Counted from the first letter of the stretch, positions 33,940 through 42,563 are shown. The stretch is 45,436 nt of DNA from a bacterium (GCA_037129835.1 JBAXUE010000007.1:1-45436), one strand, 5' to 3'. The notes: generated by a model from the letters alone, not told the origin. Translations and numbers: made by a program.

Positions 33940-35123
33940 AGATCATCGATATTCTCAGACTTTCTTTAGGTAATTTGAGGCGCAACATGCTTAGAACAGT
34001 TCTTACTATTTCTGGTGTTGTTGTTGGTATAGGTACTATAGTATTTCTCGTATCTCTTGGCTTTGGCATGCAAGAACTAGCGGTTAGTAAGGTTACAAAT
34101 CTAGATGCACTCACACAAATGAAAGTAACCCCAGGAAAAGAAGGCACAAGTCTGAACCAAGTAGCAGTCGATAAATTTAAGGCAATAAGTGGTGTAAAAG
34201 CCGTTAGTCCGCTACTTCGCTACTCTGCAACGATTAATTATTCTGGCTATTCTGGGGAGTCAATCGCCTATGGAATCACGCCAAAATATCTACCGCTCGA
34301 AGATATTACCGTCGATTACGGTATTGAATCATTTTCTAGCGACGATGCTAAAGAAACAGTAGTTACTTTAGCCGCTTTAAAATCGTTAAAACTAGATAAT
34401 CCACCAGAAAATGCACTTGGAAAAACTGTTGAACTGAAAGTAGTCAAGGTTGTAGGTGTAGATAAAAAAGAAGAAATACCCATACAGGTTAAAATTATTG
34501 GTATAAGTAAGGATACAGAAAATAAATCAGCATATCTGCCGATAGACGTTGTGGGCAGAACAGATTTAACTAATTTCGATAGCGTTAAGATAAAGATTAA
34601 TGATAAAGAACTAATGCCTGCAGTACGTAAAGCGGTTGATAGTCTTGGGTTCCCAACAACTTCTATTAACGATACAGTAAATGATATCAACCAAGTTTTC
34701 GTAATTGTCCAATTTATCCTAGGTGGTTTTGGCTTCATCGCACTCATGGTCGCCGCTATTGGTATCTTTAACACCCTTACAATAGCTCTGCTTGAAAGAA
34801 CTCACGAGATAGGTATAATGAAAGCCATTGGAGGTAGAAACACCGACGTAGCCTTTGTATTCACCGCTGAAGCGTCTATGATCGGGCTATTCGGTGGTAT
34901 TATCGGTGTTAGTATAGGTTGGTTCCTAGGAATACTTGTAAATGTCTTAATTAATTATGTCGCAACAACCCTAGAAGGTGAAGCAAGCACTTTATTCGCA
35001 ACTCCTTGGTGGTTTGCACTCTCAGTAATAATTTTTGCCTTTTCTGTTAGCACAATTGCTGGAATCATGCCAGCACGAAGAGCTGCCGGCCTCGATCCTC
35101 TAGAAGCCTTAAGGTATGAATAA
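33936..35123 (+). CDS. ABC transporter permease, FtsX/MacB-type
   Basis: 395 aa. N-terminal TM, periplasmic-type domain and a C-terminal FtsX bundle (LERTHEIGIMKAIGG). 4-nt overlap with the ATPase gene. Confidence 0.8.
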   Translation: MKIIDILRLSLGNLRRNMLRTVLTISGVVVGIGTIVFLVSLGFGMQELAVSKVTNLDALTQMKVTPGKEGTSLNQVAVDKFKAISGVKAVSPLLRYSATINYSGYSGESIAYGITPKYLPLEDITVDYGIESFSSDDAKETVVTLAALKSLKLDNPPENALGKTVELKVVKVVGVDKKEEIPIQVKIIGISKDTENKSAYLPIDVVGRTDLTNFDSVKIKINDKELMPAVRKAVDSLGFPTTSINDTVNDINQVFVIVQFILGGFGFIALMVAAIGIFNTLTIALLERTHEIGIMKAIGGRNTDVAFVFTAEASMIGLFGGIIGVSIGWFLGILVNVLINYVATTLEGEASTLFATPWWFALSVIIFAFSVSTIAGIMPARRAAGLDPLEALRYE

Positions 35124-35532
35124 ACCAGAGGCAATTAAACTTTCAAAAAAATTTATCGACGAAATACTTAAAAAAGAAGACTGGTACATAAGAACTAAAA
35201 ACAAAACCAAAGCGATTATTTTATATGGCTCTACAGCAAGAGGAACAAATACTGATAACTCAGATATTGACCTCTTATTTTTTATGCCGTTAGAAATAGA
35301 AAAGTCTTACACAAAAGGTGAATATTTCTATAATTACGGCGAGGAAGAATTTAATATTGTCATTAGGTCAATCGAAAGGCTAAGATTTTCCGCCAAGAAC
35401 AAATATGACGAGTTCCAGGATAATGTATTTTGTGGCCACGAAATGTTGTTCAGCGCTGATGATGAAGTAGCAATGTTAATAAGTATTATTCACTCTAAAA
35501 AAAGAGACTTAGTTAAGTCTCTTAATAGTTAA
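35116..35532 (+). CDS. Nucleotidyltransferase (Pol-beta fold, MNT-like) domain protein
   Basis: LYGSTARGTNTDNSDIDLLF is the GS...DxD motif. Confidence 0.6.
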   Translation: MNKPEAIKLSKKFIDEILKKEDWYIRTKNKTKAIILYGSTARGTNTDNSDIDLLFFMPLEIEKSYTKGEYFYNYGEEEFNIVIRSIERLRFSAKNKYDEFQDNVFCGHEMLFSADDEVAMLISIIHSKKRDLVKSLNS

Positions 35533-35718
35533 TTATTTTGTGTCGCAGCCTCCACCACAGCCGCCACAACCACCACCGCAACCGGCTTCGAATTCAGTTT
35601 CCGTGCAAGTTACTTTTTTTGATTCGCATGAAGGACACTTTACTTCCTCGCTTGAATCTTCAAGGGCCGCCTGAAATTCTGCTTTGCATTTAGTACACTT
35701 ACAGTCGTAGATTTTCAC
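35533..35718 (-). CDS. FmdB-family zinc-ribbon protein with a Gly/Cys-rich tail
   Basis: MKIYDCKCTKCKAEF...CPSCESKK has two CxxC pairs, and the C-terminus is GCGGGCGGCGGGC. It starts 1 nt after the rplT stop. Confidence 0.65.
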   Translation of the reverse strand: MKIYDCKCTKCKAEFQAALEDSSEEVKCPSCESKKVTCTETEFEAGCGGGCGGCGGGCDTK

Positions 35719-35719
35719 T

Positions 35720-36061
35720 TTATTTAACCTTTTCTACTATTTTCTCGAATATAACTGGGTGTGAAACTGCGATTTCAGACAAAATTTTACGATCTACTTC
35801 GATATTATTTGCCTTCAGAGCACCGATAAATTTCGAATAAGAAAGTCCTGACTCTTTGGCAGCATTTCCAACTCGAATAATCCATAGACCTCTCAGGTCT
35901 CGCTTTTTTGTTCGACGATCTCGATATTGATATGTCCACGCCTTAAGTAAAGCCTCTTTGGCTTTCTTTACACTAGACCTTCTTACCTTGATCATTCCCT
36001 TTGTCTGAGATTTTATCTTCTTGTGTTTTGCGTGAGATGTTACGCCTCTTTTTACTCTCAT
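35720..36061 (-). CDS. rplT: 50S ribosomal protein L20
   Basis: MRVKRGVTSHAKHKKI...YRDRRTKKRDLRGLWIIRV is canonical L20. Confidence 0.95.
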   Translation of the reverse strand: MRVKRGVTSHAKHKKIKSQTKGMIKVRRSSVKKAKEALLKAWTYQYRDRRTKKRDLRGLWIIRVGNAAKESGLSYSKFIGALKANNIEVDRKILSEIAVSHPVIFEKIVEKVK

Positions 36062-36258
36062 TATCCGACTCCCAACATTCTCTTTATATTCTTTTTATCA
36101 GCTTTGGCGACTTCTGTAGTACCTCTATAACCTCTTTTCTGGTCTTGAGTTTTGTGTTCTAGTAAATGATTTGCAAAAGCGTTCTCGCGTTTAATCTTGC
36201 CAGTTTTTGTAATTGTAAATCTTTTTGCTGCACCACTATGTGTTTTTATTTTAGGCAT
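36061..36258 (-). CDS. rpmI: 50S ribosomal protein L35
   Basis: MPKIKTHSGAAKRFTITKTGKIKRENAFANHLL. Confidence 0.9.
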   Translation of the reverse strand: MPKIKTHSGAAKRFTITKTGKIKRENAFANHLLEHKTQDQKRGYRGTTEVAKADKKNIKRMLGVG

Positions 36259-36283
36259 GACATTCCTTATTAATTATGTGATT

Positions 36284-36799
36284 TTATTTTTTCTTCTTTG
36301 GAGCGACTACCATAGTCATTTCTCGTCCTGCGAATGAGGGTACTTGTTCTACATCTGCAATTTCAGAAAGACGGTCTGCGACATTATCCAATAGTTTTTT
36401 CCCTAAATCCTTATGAACAATCTCTCTACCTCTAAATCTGAGCTGAAACTTTACCTTATCTTCTTTTAAAATAAACTTTTCAGCATTTTTTAGCTTAGTT
36501 ACTAAATCATTTTCACCAATCTTGACGCCAAGACGGATACCCTTGATCTCAGTTACTTTTTGTTTAGATTTAGCTTTTTGCTGCTGTTTCTGCTGCTCAT
36601 ATTTATACTTTCCCCAGTCAAGAATCTTTGCTACTGGAGGAACAGCATTTGGAGAAATTTCAACCAAATCAAGACCAGTCTCTTCGGCCATCGAAATGGC
36701 TTCTCTAGTAGAAACTACACCAACTTGCTCACCTTCTGCTGAGATAAGTCTCACTTCTGGTACTTTTATCTGTTGGTTTATCCTGGTTTGCTTTTCTAT
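36284..36799 (-). CDS. infC: Translation initiation factor IF-3, start reassigned to a non-canonical ATA codon
   Basis: The track ORF starts at GTG 36754 (V in EVRLISAEGEQVGV), which would cut off the conserved N-terminus. The frame is open up to 36808. AGGAG (36810-36806), then 6 A, then ATA (36799-36797) gives IEKQTRINQQIKVPEVRLI..., matching the conserved RINxxIRxxEVRLI region. Confidence 0.8.
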   Translation of the reverse strand: MEKQTRINQQIKVPEVRLISAEGEQVGVVSTREAISMAEETGLDLVEISPNAVPPVAKILDWGKYKYEQQKQQQKAKSKQKVTEIKGIRLGVKIGENDLVTKLKNAEKFILKEDKVKFQLRFRGREIVHKDLGKKLLDNVADRLSEIADVEQVPSFAGREMTMVVAPKKKK

Positions 36800-36855
36800 T
36801 TTTTTCTCCTAAAACAGAACAATCTTATCAAAAATCTGCTTTGATGTCAATGAAA

Positions 36856-37731
36856 CTAGAACTGTCTTTTCCTTGAAACAATTACCCTGAGTTTTATATC
36901 TGATACTTCAATACTAACTGGTGTTTCCCCCACAACCTTTCCATCAGCACTAACTACTACTGGTTTTGGTGATGAAATTTTTATTTTCCGGGTATGAAAG
37001 ATAGATACCTGACCTGGCCTTTTGCTAAGATTCAGCTTGCCTTGGCCGTATTTAATTGCGTCGCTAAAACCAAGCTGTCCTATAAGAACTGCATCGAGCA
37101 TATTGTCTTGAGGTTTTGAGTGCTGTGGTAAATATTTATAAAAAGCTCCGTTCGATAGAGAGAAGTTAAAACAATCTGTTTCAACTGTATATCTACTGTC
37201 GAAGTCCAGTGTTAGATGAACTGGCTTATATGAGTTCACTATCCCAGTTAGCTTTGTTAGACTACTAAGACCGTTGAAAAATCCTCCAGTGTGTTCTTTT
37301 TTTAGTTCAAATAAGCTATTATCAAAACCTATTGTAACTGCTGTAACGAAAACATTGTTATTAATAAGGCCGAGGTCTACTTTTTCAATCTTCCTCGCAG
37401 CTAATATGTTGCATGCAGATTGCCAGTCTTTAATACCTAGCATCGCCGCTAGTTCATTCGTCGACCCTAGGGGTATAATACCGAGAGCCACATTCGTATT
37501 TCCAGCCATTGCATTTATTATTTCGTTTATTGTCCCATCGCCACCAACTGCGACTATCGTCTTATAGTCTTTTTCAATAGCCATGCGTGTTAATTTGGCG
37601 ATATCCCCTGCGCCCGTACTTTTAACAAATTCGCCAGCAATACCAAGTTCCTTAAGTCGTTCCTTAAGTTTTTCTTGGACCTTATTGATTCTGCCACTGC
37701 CAGAAGCCGGGTTAATAATATAATAGTACAT
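36856..37731 (-). CDS. Diacylglycerol/lipid kinase family protein (YegS/DagK-like)
   Basis: IINPASGSG and VAVGGDGTINE motifs. Confidence 0.8.
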   Translation of the reverse strand: MYYYIINPASGSGRINKVQEKLKERLKELGIAGEFVKSTGAGDIAKLTRMAIEKDYKTIVAVGGDGTINEIINAMAGNTNVALGIIPLGSTNELAAMLGIKDWQSACNILAARKIEKVDLGLINNNVFVTAVTIGFDNSLFELKKEHTGGFFNGLSSLTKLTGIVNSYKPVHLTLDFDSRYTVETDCFNFSLSNGAFYKYLPQHSKPQDNMLDAVLIGQLGFSDAIKYGQGKLNLSKRPGQVSIFHTRKIKISSPKPVVVSADGKVVGETPVSIEVSDIKLRVIVSRKRQF

Positions 37732-37751
37732 CTATAGTATAGTGATTCTTA

Positions 37752-38198
37752 CTATTTCTTTGCTTCTGTTTCATCAGGTATGACATCACTCGTTTCAATT
37801 GTAATATCCATTTCTGGCTGAGTAAGTACTTCTGTCATAGTAGATTTACCGCTAAACAAAGCTCCTGGCGAAATAACTAATATGTTGGCGGTTATGTCAC
37901 CGAATACTCTACCAGACTCAGATATATTAAGTCGCTCGCTTGCATTGATATTACCCTGTACTGTTCCTGAAATATTTACATTTTTTGCGTGAACACTTGC
38001 AATAATGTGTGCATTAGGACCAATATTAACAGTGCCTTTAGTCTTAATTTCCCCATTAACATTACCATCAACCGTAATGTCACCATCACTTTTGAGGTTA
38101 CCCTTTAACTTGACTGAAGTGCCAACGATTGTCTCTGCAAGACCAGTAGAAACTACCTCGTCTTTTTTTTCAAACATCTTTTCTCCTTTATTTTTCAT
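37752..38198 (-). CDS. Bactofilin-family polymer-forming cytoskeletal protein
   Basis: Beta-helical repeats: GNLKSDGDITVDGNVNGEIKTKGTVNIGPNAHI...GTVQGNINASERLNISESGRVFGDI. Confidence 0.8.
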   Translation of the reverse strand: MKNKGEKMFEKKDEVVSTGLAETIVGTSVKLKGNLKSDGDITVDGNVNGEIKTKGTVNIGPNAHIIASVHAKNVNISGTVQGNINASERLNISESGRVFGDITANILVISPGALFSGKSTMTEVLTQPEMDITIETSDVIPDETEAKK

Positions 38199-38664
38199 TT
38201 ATTGCCCTTTTTATTACCTCATCTTCTTCTGCGCTTAAATTGTTCTTTGCTTTTCCTGCGACAATTTCTTTGGCATAAACCCTGTTTACGTCTCGACCGT
38301 GAATACTAGTAAAAACAAATCCATTATTTGACAAATCTAAAAGCGCCAAACTAAAACTCTGATCCCCGCCAGTGTCTGAAAATGGATTATAACGAATTAA
38401 TGAAAATTTCTGATAGCTATTTTTAATTATTTTGGCGATACTGTCTATGCTGTCTTCAATTTTAGCCGATCTTTGATTGATAGATTTACTTTCATTAATA
38501 GACCTTGTTACTAAATCACGAAGATTTTTGCTGCCGTCATCAAAAAAGAGTTTGTTCTTATTTTTAATTGAAAAAATAATAAACGTTAAAGAAATATTCC
38601 AAATCAAGAATACCACTGAAAATATTATTAATAGTAGCGTCAAATCCACCTTCATTAAGTACAA
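38188..38664 (-). CDS. DUF4446-like membrane-anchored protein
   Basis: N-terminal TM, then LIRYNPFSDTGGDQSFSLALLD...GFVFTSIHGRD..RVYAK. Overlaps the bactofilin start by 11 nt. Confidence 0.55.
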   Translation of the reverse strand: MYLMKVDLTLLLIIFSVVFLIWNISLTFIIFSIKNKNKLFFDDGSKNLRDLVTRSINESKSINQRSAKIEDSIDSIAKIIKNSYQKFSLIRYNPFSDTGGDQSFSLALLDLSNNGFVFTSIHGRDVNRVYAKEIVAGKAKNNLSAEEDEVIKRAINEK

Positions 38665-38737
38665 TTATGCCCTAATTTTTACTTTTTTTCAAGCAAATAA
38701 TGACTTTTACAATTATTTAGTTTATAATAATTAACCG

Positions 38738-39028
38738 ATGAGCAAGAAAAAAACCAAAATTGAAAAAGTGGCCACTAGGCACCAATTTTCCCACCTTGAA
38801 AAAGGAGTGACTAAGAATAATACATCCGAGATAGTTTCTGATGAGCTGAAAATCCCAACACAGAAAGCCGGACCCGTAAACGGCTTAGGTCCACTAGTTG
38901 AAAGAGATCTAAAATTTACAGGCATACTTATTGTAGCCTTTGTGGTTTTAATAATAGCCTTGGGAGTAGTTGTCCACTACACCCCAATTGCAAATGATCT
39001 TCTCTTAAAATTCGGCATCAAGTATTAA
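38738..39028 (+). CDS. Hypothetical small protein with a C-terminal TM helix
   Basis: 96 aa, with ILIVAFVVLIIALGVVV near the C-terminus. Followed by a strong terminator. Confidence 0.4.
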   Translation: MSKKKTKIEKVATRHQFSHLEKGVTKNNTSEIVSDELKIPTQKAGPVNGLGPLVERDLKFTGILIVAFVVLIIALGVVVHYTPIANDLLLKFGIKY

Positions 39029-39054
39029 AAAATCGACCATAAGGTCGATTTTTT
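39027..39054. terminator. Bidirectional rho-independent terminator
   Basis: aaaaaaTCGACCataaGGTCGAtttttt lies between the + strand ORF stop (39028) and the 3' end of minus-strand rnpB. Confidence 0.65.
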
Positions 39055-39058
39055 AATA

Positions 39059-39640
39059 CTTAGTTAGCCGATAAGCCGGGTTCTGTTCGTCCGGCAGCTG
39101 CCGGATCTGACGATCATCTATCTATGCGACAGGACTACTAGAAATGGGTCTGTATCACGACTTTTTCGAACTAGTCATCTTAAGAGAGATTACCCTCTTT
39201 CAAATCATACTCGACACAACCATTAGCCCACCTGTCTTGCACCTGATAGGGTTTACCTCCGTCTGCTGTCGCCAGCAGGCGCTGTGAGCTCTTGCCTCAC
39301 TCTTTTCACCCTTACCACGTAAACGTGGCGGTATTGTCTCTGTGGCACTTTCCCTAGCCTTAGAACCCACTCAGAATCTCATGTTGAGCTTCAACTTCTT
39401 AATTTCGAGCTAAAAGCTTGAAAATTGAAGAAAAATATCGAGATATATTGACGAGTTTTGAATGATTTGCAGCCGAAATTATACAGCTTTAGCCAACAAG
39501 TACTCTATTCGAATATATTCTTTCAAAACGGTGAGGTTTTGAGTGGGTTCATATAACCGGTCGCCGTTAGCGACTATCATGATAACAAGGTGCCCGGACT
39601 TTCCTCTCCAAAAAGGAGCGATCGTCTGGATAACTAAGCT
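39059..39640 (-). ncRNA. rnpB: RNase P RNA (bacterial type A) with a large helix expansion
   Basis: The reverse complement reads AGCUUAGUUAUCCAGACGAUCGCUCCUUUUUGGAGAGGAAAGUCCGGGC..., then GUCGC-UAAC-GGCGAC (P8-like), GUGCCACAGAGACAAUACCGCC, GGUAAGGGUGAAA, and finally ACAGAACCCGGCUUAUCGGCUAACUAAG. The universally conserved CR-I and CR-V blocks and the P1 pairing (CUUAGUUA/UAACUAAG) are all present. Confidence 0.9.
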
Positions 39641-39645
39641 ACGGT

Positions 39646-39674
39646 ATTATAACACATTATTATGCTTTTCTCAA
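39646..39674 (-). promoter_or_regulatory. Sigma70-type promoter of rnpB
   Basis: Minus strand: TTGAGA (39674-39669), 17 nt, TATAAT (39651-39646), then 5-6 nt to the first paired nucleotide of P1. It sits immediately after the RNase HI stop codon. Confidence 0.55.
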
Positions 39675-39677
39675 GTA

Positions 39678-40082
39678 TCAGAAACCCGCCTCATCCAGGG
39701 CTTCGTTTACCAATTCGTCGGCTAGTTTATTCGCTTCTCTACGAACATGAACAAATTTAACTGGTCGAAAAAATATTAATTCTTGCACCTTTGAATAGAG
39801 AATTTTCATTCCTGGATCTTTGACCTTATAGATTCCATTTAGCTGCTTCACTACAAGTTCGCTATCAAGTCTACACTCAATCTCATCTGCCTCAAGTTTC
39901 TTTGATTCCTCTAGGCCGCGTACCAGAGCGGTGTACTCGGCGACATTATTACTGCCAGTACCGATGTATTCACCAAACTTTGAAATTACTTCGCCATCTG
40001 AAGTTGAGAATACTACTCCTATTCCCGCAGGACCTGGATTATTTCTCGAGCCTCCATCAGTATTGATTATTAGTTTTTTCAC
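39678..40082 (-). CDS. rnhA: Ribonuclease HI family protein
   Basis: INTDGGSRNNPGPAGIG (Asp), NNVAEYTALVRGLE (Glu), DSELVVKQLNG (Asp), ANKLADELVN. GTG start overlaps the patatin stop (GTGA). Confidence 0.8.
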   Translation of the reverse strand: MKKLIINTDGGSRNNPGPAGIGVVFSTSDGEVISKFGEYIGTGSNNVAEYTALVRGLEESKKLEADEIECRLDSELVVKQLNGIYKVKDPGMKILYSKVQELIFFRPVKFVHVRREANKLADELVNEALDEAGF

Positions 40083-40996
40083 GATATTTCCTCCGTTAGA
40101 AATGCTTCTCTTATTTTATATATTCCATTTGCAGCCGAGAGCCTAAGAGTCCAAGGCCTTATTTCTCCTGCAAAAAGTAAATAATCTGGCGATACTGTAT
40201 AAATATTTATTTTCCGATGAATAGGCTTAACGCCAAATGCGATATCAAGGCTGTCGTTATAATTATCGTCGCTAAGCTTATATGTCTTGCGAAATTGTTT
40301 AGTGAAAGCTATCGCAAGTAATTCTTTAAAACTACCCCTCAATTGTCGAAACCTACTGCGTCGGTATCCTTCCGGCACCGTCGTTACCACCAACACGTCC
40401 GTGCAGCCGTCGGTAAGAGCTTCCTCAATTGGAATGGCTTTTCCAATATTGCCGTCTAGATGCTTATTACCGTTTATCTCTATTATTTTATTATAATATC
40501 CCGGCATTGCACAAGAAGCTTTCATTAATTTTAAAAAATCAATATTATCATGATTTGTATATGAAATACAGCTACCCGTTTCTGCATTAGCCATAAATAC
40601 CTTCAAAACTGACTTCGAAGATATTAATTTCCTTGTTTTTAGAGGTTTTACTTTCTTCATAACAACATCAAACAAAAAATCTAAATCCATAATCTTTTGC
40701 AGCTTCCACGGTTTAATAAAATTAAACCATTTCAAGTCTTCCCAATATATAGAGGCCCCGTCTTTTGCTTGCCCCGAAAGAAAGTAGGCGCCAGAACAAC
40801 TGCCAGATGAGGTGCCATATACGTGATCAAAGCAATTCGTAAGACCCAGTGACTCCAGCCCAATCATGGCACCTCCACCAAATACACCTCGCATACCACC
40901 CCCTTCAATGATTAAGCCAATCTTAAACTCATCAGATACCCCGGTTCTTCTATTTATTATTCTCTCAATAACTTTGCCGTCTTTTCGCATAAACAC
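40079..40996 (-). CDS. Patatin-like phospholipase
   Basis: GGGMRGVFGGG oxyanion motif, GTSSGS nucleophile elbow (GxSxG), and a downstream DGN catalytic Asp. Confidence 0.8.
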   Translation of the reverse strand: MFMRKDGKVIERIINRRTGVSDEFKIGLIIEGGGMRGVFGGGAMIGLESLGLTNCFDHVYGTSSGSCSGAYFLSGQAKDGASIYWEDLKWFNFIKPWKLQKIMDLDFLFDVVMKKVKPLKTRKLISSKSVLKVFMANAETGSCISYTNHDNIDFLKLMKASCAMPGYYNKIIEINGNKHLDGNIGKAIPIEEALTDGCTDVLVVTTVPEGYRRSRFRQLRGSFKELLAIAFTKQFRKTYKLSDDNYNDSLDIAFGVKPIHRKINIYTVSPDYLLFAGEIRPWTLRLSAANGIYKIREAFLTEEIS

Positions 40997-41127
40997 ATTC
41001 TACCTCAGCATAGCATTTGGTACCAGAAACTAATCTTCATATGTTCGCTTGCATATTTGTTTCAATTGAAGAATAATGTTAATAATATTTACATATACAT
41101 TTGATTAAACACAATTGAGGAGGGCAA

Positions 41128-41472
41128 ATGGAGATTCAACAGCTTATTACTTTTGCGGGATCAGTAATTGAGATATTGGGCATAAGCGTTATATTTATCG
41201 GTGTTTTGATATGCACATTCAGATTTATATATAGACTAGGTAGACAACCCTTTAAGTCGATATATGTTTCAACAAGAAATTATCTTGGCCAAACACTTCT
41301 CCTTGGACTTGAGGTTTTGATGGCAGCAGATATAGTCAGGTCTATAACCGGCACACCCAATCTTCAGAGCATTCTTATTTTGGGACTAATAGTATTAATC
41401 AGAACTTTTCTTAGTATGGCACTAAATATCGAACTAGAAGGTCGCTTACCCTGGAAAAAAGCGGAAAAATAA
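41128..41472 (+). CDS. DUF1622-like small membrane protein
   Basis: 114 aa with GGAGG before the ATG. Three hydrophobic helices and LLGLEVLMAADIV. Confidence 0.55.
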   Translation: MEIQQLITFAGSVIEILGISVIFIGVLICTFRFIYRLGRQPFKSIYVSTRNYLGQTLLLGLEVLMAADIVRSITGTPNLQSILILGLIVLIRTFLSMALNIELEGRLPWKKAEK

Positions 41473-41485
41473 AACAGTTTTATTT

Positions 41486-41561
41486 TGGTCAGGGCAAGAG
41501 GACTCGAACCTCCGATCTCAGGACCCCCAGCCCTGCGCTTTACCAACTAAGCTATGCCCTG
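41486..41561 (-). tRNA. tRNA-Pro (anticodon GGG), CCA encoded
   Basis: CAGGGCA/TGCCCTG acceptor with C1:G72 and A73 (Pro identity features), CAGGG-CTGGGGG-TCCTG anticodon arm with G37, GGAGG-TTCGAGT-CCTCT T arm. Confidence 0.9.
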
Positions 41562-41841
41562 TAGTGATTATTGTAAAACATTTTTCTTTCTTTTGCGTTA
41601 GTTTTAAGAATATGCTCTCTCCACATCGACTCACTTCTGGTTGAGTATTTTTCAGATTTCACCAATATCCAAGGTTTTTTGGCTTTTGTAGAGACCACCT
41701 CCCAGAATTATGGCGCTTTAATCGAATCAAACAATTGTTTGTTTGCCCTATATAAAGGCTACCGTCGATTTGGCTTTTCAACAAATATACGTAATACATC
41801 TTGGCCCCTCTCTGAGTCTACGACTCATAGAGTCGGAGACT

Positions 41842-41874
41842 AGCCGTACGCGCTACCAGCTGCGCTACACCCCG
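41842..41874 (-). pseudogene. Orphan 5' half of a tRNA-Pro-like gene (positions 1-33 only)
   Basis: CGGGGTG-TA-GCGC-AGCTGGTA-GCGC-G-TACGG-CT is a perfect acceptor 5' strand, D arm and anticodon-stem 5' strand with C32-U33. No anticodon, T arm or CACCCCG 3' strand follows anywhere in the next 280 nt. Confidence 0.5.
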
Positions 41875-41888
41875 ATATTAAAATATAA

Positions 41889-42563
41889 CTACCAAATAAA
41901 TTTATTTAACATTGTTAAATCCATAGTTCGATAAAATTCAAAAGAAATGGTAGGGAAAACGTGAATGAATTGCAAAAATAAAATAGTAATAGAATATAAA
42001 TAACTAAAGACACTAAAAGTAGTAAAGCTTGAAATAACAATCAGCATAATTAAGATGATCGGACCCGATTCGACATATTTATTATTATCCAGTATTGGGA
42101 AAAACAACGCGAAAAACTTTTGCCCGTCTAAGGGCGATATAGGGATTAAATTAAATACCAACAAGAATATATTATATAGAATCATATAGAATAACAAAAA
42201 CTTAAAATAACCATCTGGCACAAAATTGTAGAAAGAAGATAATAATAAAGCTAGCAGTAAGTTCGAGACTGGTCCTGCGATTGCAGTAAGAGCATTCCCC
42301 ATCCTGGGATTATTAAAGTTATTTGGATTGATCTGTACGGGCTTACCCCAACCTATCCCTAAAAGTAAAATCGAAAGACTACCGTAAACATCAAGGTGTT
42401 TTGCTGGATTCAGGGTCAGCCGACCCATTCTCTTAGAAGTATCATCTCCGAGAAAATTAGCAGTCCACGAATGAGCAAACTCATGGATAGATAAAGCAAC
42501 CAACAAAGATATGATAATTGTAATAAATAATATTGGATTTTCAATTATGCTCAGAAGCCCCAT
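41889..42563 (-). CDS. Site-2 protease family (M50) intramembrane zinc metalloprotease
   Basis: HEFAHSW (HExxH) in TM1 and NLIPISPLDG (NxxPxxxLDG) in a later TM. Confidence 0.75.
   Translation of the reverse strand: MGLLSIIENPILFITIIISLLVALSIHEFAHSWTANFLGDDTSKRMGRLTLNPAKHLDVYGSLSILLLGIGWGKPVQINPNNFNNPRMGNALTAIAGPVSNLLLALLLSSFYNFVPDGYFKFLLFYMILYNIFLLVFNLIPISPLDGQKFFALFFPILDNNKYVESGPIILIMLIVISSFTTFSVFSYLYSITILFLQFIHVFPTISFEFYRTMDLTMLNKFIW

Noticed and set aside
36522-36812. + strand ORFs 36522-36812 and 36560-36742.
   Set aside because: They lie antisense to infC, which is strongly supported.
39543-39725. 60-aa + strand ORF.
   Set aside because: It lies over the 5' conserved core of RNase P RNA (the GAGGAAAGUCCGGGC region) and the rnpB promoter. 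It is not coding.
41562-41845. Group I intron interrupting a tRNA-Pro gene in the anticodon loop.
   Set aside because: The length (~280 nt), the position and some helices are compatible. However, no 3' exon (anticodon-stem 3' strand, T arm, CACCCCG acceptor strand) follows. The spacer runs straight into a complete, different tRNA-Pro. I also could not identify P7/G-binding core sequences by eye.
41743-41934. 63-aa + strand ORF.
   Set aside because: It covers the antisense of the tRNA-like fragment and the 3' end of the M50 protease gene. There is no Shine-Dalgarno, and the translation is dominated by the tRNA sequence.
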